Positions 46,902 through 56,432 of a stretch of DNA of 64,000 nt are shown here, piece after piece. The stretch is taken from the IMG/VR virus record IMGVR_UViG_3300035232_000453, one strand, 5' to 3'. Both the position numbers and the translations under genes were made by a program. This DNA is from a virus. Numbering within the stretch: position 1 is the stretch's first letter; the number at the start of each line of letters is the position of its first letter. The notes below the pieces were generated by a model, which saw nothing but the letters and a program-made list of their open reading frames with translations, was not told the DNA's origin and made no database searches.

Positions 46902-46909
46902 TATTTATA
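46902..46909 (-). promoter_or_regulatory. late promoter TATAAATA 5 nt before the QueC-like ATG
   Basis: exact consensus, directly after a terminator. Confidence 0.7.
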
Positions 46910-46912
46910 AAG

Positions 46913-46945
46913 AAAAAACGGCGTAGTTAATTAAAACCACACCGC
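46913..46945 (-). terminator. intrinsic terminator
   Basis: GCGGTGTGGTT-loop-AACTACGCCGT then T run. Confidence 0.8.
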
Positions 46946-46976
46946 TTAGTTTTCACCTGGGAGGAAACGTGAACTT

Positions 46977-47873
46977 TTATTTTTCTTTAGATTTCTTATA
47001 TGCTTCTTTAATATCTTCAACTTTATGTTCTTTTAAGCCTACTTTCATATCTTCTGCATCTAAGTATCTTTTTAAACTTAGGTTAACGCTTTGTGCAAAG
47101 TTCTCGTATGGCTCACCGTGTGATGTAGCTTCTTCTTCTGCTGCACCGTCTGGTGTGTTTGCCCATTCGTTTATCTTTTTATTAATTGCTTCTTCGCTTA
47201 AACCTGAATTCTTTAATAATGTAATTAATTGTGTTGTATCCATAGTTGGAGACTCCTCTAATTCTTCTTTGTCAGTTTCTGATTCTTCTGATTCTACTTT
47301 GTATTTTTTACCATCAACTTCAAATTCTTTTTTACCATTTTTCTTAGCATCAGCTAATGCACCTGAGAATTCATTGCCTTCGTTTGGAGCTTCTTCTAAT
47401 GAATCTGGAACGCCATTGCCGTTCTCATCTTTCCACCAGCTACCTGTTTCGTCATCACAATCATGTGAACAATCTGTAGTTGGTTGATGCATTGTGTCGC
47501 CACAGTCTTCGCATTTGTAGTCTGATGCGTTTAGTTGCTCTGCTTCACCAAAGTTTTCATCGTCATCACCATAATCGCCATCTTCACCTGGGTGATTCAT
47601 GTCGTTGTGTCTACGGAAGTCTGCTACGAAATCTTTAATTGTGTCGCCATCTAAATAACGAATTAATTCGCCAAGTACTGGATGATCTGAATCACATCCT
47701 AAATCATCGCATAAATCTAAAATTGGATCTGCAAATTCACCAACTGCTTCTCTTGTTGTAGTTGGTTCTTCAACTACTGGTACGTCTTTTAATTCTCTTT
47801 CTGCTGGAGCCTGGCTGTGAGCATCTGCTGTGCCGTGGCTAGCAAGTTTTAGTATTCTGTCTAAATCACTCAT
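46977..47873 (-). CDS. acidic modular probable internal head protein
   Basis: MSDLDRILKLA start, Cys module CEDC..CSHDC, EAPNEG, many x-x-E sites. Confidence 0.7.
   Translation of the reverse strand: MSDLDRILKLASHGTADAHSQAPAERELKDVPVVEEPTTTREAVGEFADPILDLCDDLGCDSDHPVLGELIRYLDGDTIKDFVADFRRHNDMNHPGEDGDYGDDDENFGEAEQLNASDYKCEDCGDTMHQPTTDCSHDCDDETGSWWKDENGNGVPDSLEEAPNEGNEFSGALADAKKNGKKEFEVDGKKYKVESEESETDKEELEESPTMDTTQLITLLKNSGLSEEAINKKINEWANTPDGAAEEEATSHGEPYENFAQSVNLSLKRYLDAEDMKVGLKEHKVEDIKEAYKKSKEK
47375..47394 (+). repeat. 20-bp exact match to 43940-43959 (encodes EAPNEG)
   Basis: TGCCTTCGTTTGGAGCTTCT at both sites. Confidence 0.85.
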
Positions 47874-48360
47874 CGCCTTTTTCCTTTTGTTTTTTTACTT
47901 TCATTAATTCTTTAATGAAACTGGAGTTATACTCGTCACCGTAATAATCTGATGCATTTACTTTTTCTGCATCCTTGTATTCACCATCAGCTAGTACGCT
48001 TTCAACACGCTCGCCCATTGGTGGAACCAATTCATCTGGTTCATGTTCGCCTTTTACTTTAAGTACACCGTCTGTTAGTCCAAGCATATTACGAATATCA
48101 TTTTGTACTTGCCAACCGCTAGCAATAATGTTAGTTTCGAATTCATGTGTAAAGACTTCATATCCTTTATGATTTGGAAAATCACGTGGAGCACTTTGTA
48201 GTATTGTTTTCTTTGCAGCACCGAGTCCTTTAGAGTCGTATTTACCGAGGTGCTTCTCTATGCGATCACATTGTTCATCAGTTAGATCATGTACTGTTTT
48301 AATACAAAACTTCCACGACTTTTTTGATTCGTTTAAGTATTGTGAAAATAGTTTTTTCAT
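47866..48360 (-). CDS. hypothetical probable head-associated protein
   Basis: MKKLFSQYLNE leader; late promoter at 48383-48389. Confidence 0.7.
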   Translation of the reverse strand: MKKLFSQYLNESKKSWKFCIKTVHDLTDEQCDRIEKHLGKYDSKGLGAAKKTILQSAPRDFPNHKGYEVFTHEFETNIIASGWQVQNDIRNMLGLTDGVLKVKGEHEPDELVPPMGERVESVLADGEYKDAEKVNASDYYGDEYNSSFIKELMKVKKQKEKGDE

Positions 48361-48381
48361 TGCGGTTATCTCCTATTAATA

Positions 48382-48918
48382 CTATTTATCTTTTTCGGGC
48401 AAATTTTTCATAATTTCGGCAAGCATAGCAGTTCTATCTCCTACTATACGCCCTTCTACTTCTTCTTCATCGCCCAATTCGTGTTTTTTGCCGGCTACAT
48501 ACGCATCAATCTTCTCACTATCTTTTTCAAGTCTAGCTTGACGCATTTGTAACTCAATCATTTTCATTTTTTTATCCATTTTGGCTTGTTTGGCCTGTAG
48601 AGCTGCTGATATCATTTTGCTCGCACTATCAAATATAGGAGCTGCATGTCTATCTTCTACATTTTTACCAAGATCTACTAAATCTTCAAATGTTTCCATG
48701 GCTTTTTTTGCATATTCATCCATTTCTCTGTCTAACTGTTCTAAGCCTTCAACAGTAGGCAATGCAATATTGGCACGTTCTACCATACTCATTTCGCCTT
48801 CTATATTTGCTATTTCTGTTTTAAGTTCTTCAGTAGTAGGTTCTTCCTGTATATCATTTTCAGGAAGTAACTGATCTAAATCTGGTAAATTTAATTCTTC
48901 TTCTAATTTTTTTGTCAT
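48382..48918 (-). CDS. putative terminase small subunit (gp16-like)
   Basis: helical, central coiled coil, C-terminal IVGDRTAML; context. Confidence 0.5.
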   Translation of the reverse strand: MTKKLEEELNLPDLDQLLPENDIQEEPTTEELKTEIANIEGEMSMVERANIALPTVEGLEQLDREMDEYAKKAMETFEDLVDLGKNVEDRHAAPIFDSASKMISAALQAKQAKMDKKMKMIELQMRQARLEKDSEKIDAYVAGKKHELGDEEEVEGRIVGDRTAMLAEIMKNLPEKDK

Positions 48919-49361
48919 TTTCTTTTCTTTTTAGAGTTTTGAGGCTTGTTAAATATCTGATGTTCGGTTATAACCCTAAACGCCATTCCTTGTTGTTTGC
49001 ACCATGCATGTGCGGCGGACCATTTAGCTTGATTAACTACTGCTGCTGCCTTTTGTGCTGTTGTTCTTGCTTCAGCTAAAGTCTGACTAGCAGGCTTAAT
49101 CTCTACCATTTCAGCATGGTTCTTTCCATTCCTGTCTTTGTATACTAATAGCAAGTCAGGAACATATGTGCTTTTCTTTCCAGTAAGTGGGTTTTTGTAT
49201 GGAATTCTGTGTGTTTCGCTACCCCAACCTAAAATAGCTGGATGATTATCACACATACGAAATACTGCTAATTCCCATCCACTTCTGTAATGTGGTGTTC
49301 TTTTACCTAAGTATTTATCTGGGTTAGTTGGTACGAATTTTCCGTTTTGGAATTTTGGCAT
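48915..49361 (-). CDS. gp4: head completion nuclease (TnsA-like fold)
   Basis: NPDKYLG, YRSGWE, WGSE, YVPD, VEIKP, NQAKW, ITE. Confidence 0.92.
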   Translation of the reverse strand: MPKFQNGKFVPTNPDKYLGKRTPHYRSGWELAVFRMCDNHPAILGWGSETHRIPYKNPLTGKKSTYVPDLLLVYKDRNGKNHAEMVEIKPASQTLAEARTTAQKAAAVVNQAKWSAAHAWCKQQGMAFRVITEHQIFNKPQNSKKKRK

Positions 49362-49366
49362 TTATA

Positions 49367-50173
49367 TTACCTCTGTAGTCCAGAACGCCTTGGTACTACA
49401 AAAGTTTTATTGTCAATTTCTGCTAAAGATTCACTAGATTCGGGATGACGTCCTGTATATTCTTTTACTGGTGGTTTATTAGAACTAACATTATCATCTT
49501 TAGTTGCATATACACCAGATTCGTTTACATCAACAGTTTCTTCGTTGCTGGCTTCCAGTGTTGTTGTAGATGTGGATGCTTGGACTGGATTTTTAGGCCC
49601 TGCATCACTTTTTATTCTATAACCTTCATATTGGAATGACACTCTAAATACTGAAGGAGAACTGTCTGAATAATCTAATGTATCAGCGTCTGCATTTTGT
49701 ATAAAAGGATTAAATATTTCTATTACACTACTATCGTGATTAGAGTCTTGACGTGTAATAATCAGTTGTGTTATATAATGATTAGATTGTTGTAATTCAA
49801 ATCCTTTTTTACCTGTGAGCCAACTAGAATAATCATCTTCATTCATTGGTCCTGAGATATAATGTTTAGCATAGCTCTTTAGAAATGTTTCAAACGCTGC
49901 ATCTTTTGTATCATATGCAGTAAGAGTTATAGGAGTGTAATCTATTCCTGTTTGAACTATGCTTTTATCATTGTACTTATTAAGTGTCTGTGTTCTATAT
50001 ACAAACGATGGCATTTGAACGTTAGCAATTCTTGTTAGCTCCACTGGTCCATCTATTGTAAGTAGCTTAACCGAGAATATATATTTATTTCTCGGTATCG
50101 CACTCATTTTAGTGTTTTTATTATGTGCTAATCCTTGACCATATAATAGGTATGCATCGTTGCCTAATGCCAT
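49367..50173 (-). CDS. tail tube-like/baseplate tube initiator
   Basis: MPS....QTLNKYN, Y.PI.LT.YD, LDYS, FQYE. Confidence 0.65.
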   Translation of the reverse strand: MALGNDAYLLYGQGLAHNKNTKMSAIPRNKYIFSVKLLTIDGPVELTRIANVQMPSFVYRTQTLNKYNDKSIVQTGIDYTPITLTAYDTKDAAFETFLKSYAKHYISGPMNEDDYSSWLTGKKGFELQQSNHYITQLIITRQDSNHDSSVIEIFNPFIQNADADTLDYSDSSPSVFRVSFQYEGYRIKSDAGPKNPVQASTSTTTLEASNEETVDVNESGVYATKDDNVSSNKPPVKEYTGRHPESSESLAEIDNKTFVVPRRSGLQR

Positions 50174-50202
50174 TGCTGACTCCTTAATCTAATTTAAAAT
50201 TA

Positions 50203-50823
50203 TTACGAGTTGCCAGCTGCGTTAACAGACCCACGATCAGATGATGCTTCAATTGTTGATAACATATCTTTTCCATCTGGTCCAGTATGCAATGCATGAT
50301 CATATCTTAATGTCACTGTTACTTGTACCATATTAGAATCTGCGTAGTTTAAGTCGCCATATTGAATATTACTAATAAAACAACCCTGCAAGTCCCATGT
50401 ATCAAACGGCTTAGGTGCATTTTCACTGCCGTTGTTACCATCTAATGTTTCAATCTTTGTTGAAAATTTATATGAGCTACCAGAGATAGCACTTGTTTGA
50501 TCTGCGTGATCTACTTGTTTATTTAGTTGGCTACCTAGTGCTTTAATAACATGTGAATTCATGTCATCACGGAACACAACTGTTACTGGTTCCCAAGTAT
50601 GCTTACCTGCTAGGTACATTTTTGAGTTGTATGAATCAACAACAACTTCTTCATGTGTTAAGTTAGGTCTTGAAGCTGAAATAACATTCTGTGTTGTTTC
50701 GCTTTTAAGATTTCCATCGCCCATGTTAGTAAACGATACTCTAAATCTATATTGTAGTTTAGGCATTAAAGTTACGCCTGCTGCCGAACCTGTTGGTACG
50801 CCAAAGTTTTGTATTACAGCCAT
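50203..50823 (-). CDS. gp19: tail tube protein
   Basis: PKLQYRFRV, AGKHTWEP, W.LQGCF, LRYD; late promoter 50869-50875. Confidence 0.88.
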   Translation of the reverse strand: MAVIQNFGVPTGSAAGVTLMPKLQYRFRVSFTNMGDGNLKSETTQNVISASRPNLTHEEVVVDSYNSKMYLAGKHTWEPVTVVFRDDMNSHVIKALGSQLNKQVDHADQTSAISGSSYKFSTKIETLDGNNGSENAPKPFDTWDLQGCFISNIQYGDLNYADSNMVQVTVTLRYDHALHTGPDGKDMLSTIEASSDRGSVNAAGNS

Positions 50824-50918
50824 TTGTTTTCTCCTATATACTAATACTGTAGTATTTCTGTTATATTGTATTTATCAAATCTTTTGTAAAAATGACAATT
50901 TTTAAAATTTGTCACATT

Positions 50919-50945
50919 AAAGGCTACTATATTTCTATAGTAGCC
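50919..50945 (-). terminator. hairpin terminator after tail sheath
   Basis: GGCTACTATA-GAAA-TATAGTAGCC-TTT. Confidence 0.65.
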
Positions 50946-50974
50946 CTTATTTTTAATTAAATTAAACTTTTAAC

Positions 50975-53365
50975 TTAAAGTTCGCCAGTATTTACGATTC
51001 TAATTGGAATATAAATAAATTCTGCTGATTTTGTAGGCTCAATTGCTACATCAACATAAAATTCATTTGCATCAATTCTTGCAGGTGTATTGTTTGTTTC
51101 ATCACAAACTACTGCAAAGTCATAAACACCACGTTGTGCCATAATGTTTGCTAAGAATCCTTCAAATGTTGCTTTAGCATTTTCACGTGTTCCTACATCA
51201 TTTGGCTCAAACAAGTAAGGTCTTGCTATTACGGCAAAACGTTCTCTTAGATAGGCTGTAAGTCTTGCAACGTTAACTCTATCCAATGCTGATGCACTTG
51301 GATGTAAAGATTTTTGTCCAAATACTACAACACCCTCTGTAGGGAATTTTGCAATTGGATTCATCTTCTGCTCATACATTGCATCTCTAGAACCTTGTGT
51401 TAGTGCTAATGGTGTAAACTCATTTTCACTATTTAAGTAACCAACGTTAGTTGCATTTTGTACTTGTCCACGTGTTAAGCCTGCTGGTGCAAACCATTGA
51501 AAGCTCACGCTATCACTATATGCGAATGTATATAATGCAATGTGTGAAGCTGGAGCAACAACACTATCACCTGTTGAAGGGTTAGTTGTTAATGCATGTG
51601 GATAATAAACCGCACTATAAGTATTTGATGTTACTAAGCCATCTTCGCCATTTTCTGTTGCAGTTGTGCCTTGTTTCCAAGTAATTGCTTCAGTTTGATT
51701 TAAACGGAATGGAGCGTCAACAATAATAAATGCTGTTTCATCTCTGTCACTGTTAAGTGTTACCATTTCATCATATAACTCTGGATAACCTGGAGAAGCC
51801 ATTAAACGGAATTGAACTGTATCTTCACGTAGTTCCGAACCGCCTGCTGATGCCTGCATAGCTGTTGTAACAACTTTACGCTGAGCTAATCTACCAAACG
51901 AACCTTTGCCGCTTGCTTGATTGCCTGCTTTGTTACGCCATTTCCAATCTGTAGACAATGATGAATCATATTCTCTAACAGTATTACCTGAACGACACAT
52001 ATTAATACCAGTCATTCCAACTGGGTGTACTAGTGGGTTTGGAGAACTTGCTAAAAGAGTTGCTTCAAAGGCACCAGCTGCTGTATCATTAGCAGTAATG
52101 TCGCCAAATACAATACCTGCACTTGTGCTTTGATCTGTAGCATCTTTTGCCACCCATGCACTACCGTTTGAACGATAAATTACTGGGTAACCAGTTGCAT
52201 CTGTATCGATCCAGTAGTCGCCTGCCGAACCTACTGCTGGTGCAGAAGTTCCATATGCTACGTTAGTTACACGTTCCCATTTTTGTGTTCCACTGTCATC
52301 TTTTACTTCGTAAACTGCTAATTCGTTTACATCTGAATCGTGCCATAGTGTACCATTTGCTGGATTACCAGTTGGTTGTGTTGTACTTACTGATACTGGG
52401 TATGTTCCAGTTGAACCGAATCCATTCCAGCTTGTTCCATCATAACGTTTAAGCTCAATACTTGAACTTGCGTCAGCAAAGTCCAACCAAAGATCACCGT
52501 CTTGTAATGTACGAGCAGTTGCTGATGAACCGTCTTGGAATATATCTGATGTAGTTCCATCTGGTGCATTATCGTCTGCATATGTAATTGCTTGTCCAAC
52601 AAAAGAACCACTTGCAGTTGTGTATAAACTTGGTGCAAGTTTTAATCCACCTTTTGCTGTTGTTTTAATCCAAACATCGCCACTTGTTGGTGAACTTGGT
52701 GCTGAATAATGTGGAGCAAATGTAGTGTCGCCATCTACTAATGCTACCCATGCCGAACCGGAGTCCTTAAAGTAACTAATAGTTGTGTTTGATGTACCGT
52801 TAGTAATCAATACTAAGTAGTTGCCTGCTGTGCCTGCTGCCGTTGTAGGTGCGCCACTGTTAACAATTTCTACTTTAGTTGGAGTTTGTTCAGTCCACGA
52901 TGTACCATCGCTTTCAAAAATTCCCCAACTTGCACCTGTTGGGTTTACCCAATAAGTGTTATTTGCTGCTGCACCTGTTGGTGCTGATGAACTTGGTCTA
53001 AGTTCTGTTAGGTTAACATCAGCACGTACTACATACGCCGCCGAAGCTTGTCCTAAAAATGAATATGCTGCCAAAAGCCCGTATTCGTTAGTTTCATCAC
53101 CCTGTTGAACTGTAGCACCTTTTTTATTGAAATTAATGTTTCCAAAATATTGTGTAAGTTCTCTTTGTGAAGTAACTAGAATAGGTTTTTTTGATTGTGC
53201 AGACTTTGTGTATTTTGCAATGCCATCTGATTCAGTTAGGGTAGGATCTGCCTTATCCTCACCAGTAGCAATGAATAACATAGGAACAGTTCCGGCTCCT
53301 GCTGGGCCGTATACTGATTCGTCTGTTACTGAAACCTGTACACCAGGTGAAGTAAGATTTGCCAT
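50975..53365 (-). CDS. gp18: tail sheath protein with large beta-rich insertion
   Basis: SPGVQVSVTDES, WFAPAG..RG, DRVNVARL, FEPND, EFIYI; late promoter 53416-53422. Confidence 0.95.
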   Translation of the reverse strand: MANLTSPGVQVSVTDESVYGPAGAGTVPMLFIATGEDKADPTLTESDGIAKYTKSAQSKKPILVTSQRELTQYFGNINFNKKGATVQQGDETNEYGLLAAYSFLGQASAAYVVRADVNLTELRPSSSAPTGAAANNTYWVNPTGASWGIFESDGTSWTEQTPTKVEIVNSGAPTTAAGTAGNYLVLITNGTSNTTISYFKDSGSAWVALVDGDTTFAPHYSAPSSPTSGDVWIKTTAKGGLKLAPSLYTTASGSFVGQAITYADDNAPDGTTSDIFQDGSSATARTLQDGDLWLDFADASSSIELKRYDGTSWNGFGSTGTYPVSVSTTQPTGNPANGTLWHDSDVNELAVYEVKDDSGTQKWERVTNVAYGTSAPAVGSAGDYWIDTDATGYPVIYRSNGSAWVAKDATDQSTSAGIVFGDITANDTAAGAFEATLLASSPNPLVHPVGMTGINMCRSGNTVREYDSSLSTDWKWRNKAGNQASGKGSFGRLAQRKVVTTAMQASAGGSELREDTVQFRLMASPGYPELYDEMVTLNSDRDETAFIIVDAPFRLNQTEAITWKQGTTATENGEDGLVTSNTYSAVYYPHALTTNPSTGDSVVAPASHIALYTFAYSDSVSFQWFAPAGLTRGQVQNATNVGYLNSENEFTPLALTQGSRDAMYEQKMNPIAKFPTEGVVVFGQKSLHPSASALDRVNVARLTAYLRERFAVIARPYLFEPNDVGTRENAKATFEGFLANIMAQRGVYDFAVVCDETNNTPARIDANEFYVDVAIEPTKSAEFIYIPIRIVNTGEL

Positions 53366-53453
53366 GTTATAGCTCCTTTTCTATTATAGACTAATGCCTA
53401 AATTTACTATACATGTATTTATTTGATTTTGCTTAAAACCAGGGTTTATAGAA

Positions 53454-54212
53454 TCAATTAGAGGCTATATTTATCAAAAGATCTTCAAAACTTTCGCAAA
53501 TGTGTCTTTCAAAACCATCGCCCCATAGCCCATGTATAATCATATGAATTCTATTTTCAGTACCTTTGTTGTGTACTGCATGTTTTCTTCCAATATCAAT
53601 TCCACGTGCTTCGCCTGGTTGCCAAGGAATAAGGCCAGCATCTTCTTGTGCAAATTCAACACCCGGAGGATTGCTTAATGATACATTAAACGCCGCCATA
53701 CTTCTTTTATCATAATCAATGTGAGGTTGTATATACCCACCAGGTTCTAATAGCATATATCTAACTCGATTATATTTCTTAAATGGAAATACATTCTTTA
53801 ACCAATCTACAGTAGCAGGACACATCCATGCTATTTCTGTCCAGTCGTATGGAGGACTATTTTCTTTTGTATATGTTCCATTGTCAATATAATAATCATC
53901 TGGTTGTGTTTTATTTGCACCTTGTCCGTGTACTGCAAGGCTACTCCATCCTGGATTATAACTACCTCTATGTTTTACAAACATTGGAATTAATCGTTCT
54001 GCTTCTGCAGCCATCTCTTTATGTGGTACTGGAATATTTAATTTAAGTGATGGTATATTTGACTCGTGCATGATCCATTTAGCATAGTCACACATTATTC
54101 CGTGATCATTTTTCCAATCTTTAAATCTATTATCATAATTGTGCATGTGCTGATAATGTGTACTTTTTTTACATTCTGTAATAAAGTGTCCTAGTGTTTC
54201 TACTGATTCCAT
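53454..54212 (-). CDS. aspartyl/asparaginyl beta-hydroxylase-like 2OG-Fe(II) oxygenase
   Basis: RVRYMLLEPGGYIQPHID...HAVHN...RIHMIIH; start moved to MESVE. Confidence 0.8.
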   Translation of the reverse strand: MESVETLGHFITECKKSTHYQHMHNYDNRFKDWKNDHGIMCDYAKWIMHESNIPSLKLNIPVPHKEMAAEAERLIPMFVKHRGSYNPGWSSLAVHGQGANKTQPDDYYIDNGTYTKENSPPYDWTEIAWMCPATVDWLKNVFPFKKYNRVRYMLLEPGGYIQPHIDYDKRSMAAFNVSLSNPPGVEFAQEDAGLIPWQPGEARGIDIGRKHAVHNKGTENRIHMIIHGLWGDGFERHICESFEDLLINIASN

Positions 54213-55729
54213 TTGAATATCCTTGTTAAATCGTTCTCTGGCAATGATGCCCAAGAAGTTGTATTATATTGTCTTGCCCAATCTACAGATGCAAATCTTT
54301 TACATAATTCCTCATTAGTAGGATCAATCATTAATCCTCTAGATGATGATAACATCACTTCGCACTTCTCTGCTGAGCTTTTCTTTTGTAATTTTTCTAC
54401 AAGTTCATTGTGCAGGTTCCATCTTTCTTCGGCTGAATAAAAAAATGAAGTTGGCAAATAATGAAATATATTAGTAAGGTGAACAAAGTTTACATCTTTG
54501 AAACAACACATGTCAACAAACTTATCGTAGCAGTGTACATCAAATAAATTACATTGATTTATTTTAACATCAATATATGGAAGTTCGTTTTTTATCCAAT
54601 CACTAAATCCTTCTTCATTTAATTCATCAACTCTTTTTTGCATATAACCTAATTTATTAATTCCTTTAAATTTATCAGTTAGTTCTGTATATTTTTCTAT
54701 GCGATCATCTTTTTTATCATCATCTTTAATAATTGTAGGAGACACTGATTCCATTAAGTTATTAGCAAACGACGAATAATCTTTACCATCAAAATTATTT
54801 ATAATGTATTCCGTCATGTTCAATGCAAATTTATTAATATCATACACTGATAGTCTGTCGCCCTGTTTTAATCCAAGTTTAAATCCATACACTAGCGGAG
54901 TTAATCCAGCTGCTGGTACAACAACATTATTATATGTTCCATCCCATTCTGGTTTTTTGATCTTTAATATGGGATGTTGTGTTGTAGGGCTAACTGTATA
55001 TTCGGTATTAGCAATAAAAAAACTATCCTCGGGTTGACAACTTTGTATTATGTCATTTATGTGTCTTGGACCATCATGCTTAACTTCTGGATATCCATAA
55101 TATTTATTACGGCGTATTTTAGTAGGCCATGATAATATTTTTTGTTTGTCTTTTACTAATGCTTCAACCATTGACCAGCCACCTTCGGTGCCAATGTATT
55201 CATGGAATACTGGATGCTTAGGACCGCTTACCCATGTTGGTGTATAGTTATCGTGGTGGTTTGATTTGCTTCGGTCTGGTTTAATTGTAGAAAATTTATT
55301 TGAAGTCCAGTCTCCCCATTTAGGAGATTCTGCACTAGCCCACCAATCTAAATCAATAAGAAAACATTGAGAATGAATACTATAATATTTGTCACCCTTA
55401 TCAAGTATATGCCCAACAAATTTAGCAGTTGGATTATCATCGTAAAATTCAGAAAAATGTTCATAAAAGTCAGGGCCCAACGAACTGCCCTGTTTAAACA
55501 CTAGCATTTTAGAAAATCCTGCCTCGTGAGCTTTTTTAATCAGTTCGTTTTCAGTATCTGCTGCAAACTGTTTTCGCATACCATAGATTGATGTTTCAAT
55601 GGACCAATAATCTAATAAGTTTTTTGAATAACCTTTGGCAAAGTCACTTCCAATTCTATTATTATATAGCCAACCTATTGTTAACTCTTTTGATTTATTT
55701 TTGTGTCTCCACCAGTTTTCGTTAAACAT
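54200..55729 (-). CDS. hypothetical protein
   Basis: 509 aa; GGAG RBS; TATAAATA-like late promoter at 55759-55766. Confidence 0.75.
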   Translation of the reverse strand: MFNENWWRHKNKSKELTIGWLYNNRIGSDFAKGYSKNLLDYWSIETSIYGMRKQFAADTENELIKKAHEAGFSKMLVFKQGSSLGPDFYEHFSEFYDDNPTAKFVGHILDKGDKYYSIHSQCFLIDLDWWASAESPKWGDWTSNKFSTIKPDRSKSNHHDNYTPTWVSGPKHPVFHEYIGTEGGWSMVEALVKDKQKILSWPTKIRRNKYYGYPEVKHDGPRHINDIIQSCQPEDSFFIANTEYTVSPTTQHPILKIKKPEWDGTYNNVVVPAAGLTPLVYGFKLGLKQGDRLSVYDINKFALNMTEYIINNFDGKDYSSFANNLMESVSPTIIKDDDKKDDRIEKYTELTDKFKGINKLGYMQKRVDELNEEGFSDWIKNELPYIDVKINQCNLFDVHCYDKFVDMCCFKDVNFVHLTNIFHYLPTSFFYSAEERWNLHNELVEKLQKKSSAEKCEVMLSSSRGLMIDPTNEELCKRFASVDWARQYNTTSWASLPENDLTRIFKWNQ

Positions 55730-55786
55730 TATCTATAACTCCAAATATATTATATTGTTATTTATATAACATTATTGTGAGTTAAA

Positions 55787-56425
55787 TTATGCTAATTTAT
55801 CTAAGGTGTGTTTTTGAAGTTCTTCCAATGAAGATCTATTGATTAGTTCGGTGTCAAAATTCCACCCTGCCCAGCTCCATTCACTTTTGTGTACTTCTGG
55901 CCAGTGTCTTGACATTCCATCAACTATGTTATGTCTTTTACCAGACGAGTTTGCTTCATTTAGAACTGAAGCATTATGCCACCATTCTGGTTTATCGTGT
56001 CTCCATACAACTGCGGTAGTTCCACCTAAGTTTTTAATTGCACTTAGTTCGTTAAAAAATCGACAGTCACTAATAACAACATTTTTATCTGTGTTTATAA
56101 TTTGTCTTTCGCATGCTGCAACCCATATATCTGGATGAAAGTGTGTACGCAATGCATCTGTTCCTACTTGCTGTAATGCAAGACGGGGTGTAAAGTTTGG
56201 TATGTCTAACCTATCAGCCCACCATTCATCTGTTGTTTCTCGCCATTCTCTGCTTTCGTCTGTAGTGCCTTCGAGTAGCTCTCTGTCCCAACCAAATATA
56301 TTAGAACATGCATCTTTTAACACGCCAGCAAAACTGACTCGCTCAAACCCTTCATCAATTAAGAATCCTGCAGCTGTATCTTTACCGTGACCTATAAGTC
56401 CGCATATGCCTATTATTTTCTTCAT
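55787..56425 (-). CDS. gp1: deoxynucleoside monophosphate kinase
   Basis: GLIGHGKDT, SFA..LK, TPR.ALQ.VGT, SDCRF.NE, HKSE. Confidence 0.92.
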   Translation of the reverse strand: MKKIIGICGLIGHGKDTAAGFLIDEGFERVSFAGVLKDACSNIFGWDRELLEGTTDESREWRETTDEWWADRLDIPNFTPRLALQQVGTDALRTHFHPDIWVAACERQIINTDKNVVISDCRFFNELSAIKNLGGTTAVVWRHDKPEWWHNASVLNEANSSGKRHNIVDGMSRHWPEVHKSEWSWAGWNFDTELINRSSLEELQKHTLDKLA

Positions 56426-56432
56426 ATGTGTT

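Noticed and set aside
48915-49361. TnsA transposase or mobile element
   Set aside because: Motifs and position among head and tail genes identify T4 gp4; there are no other tns genes or terminal repeats
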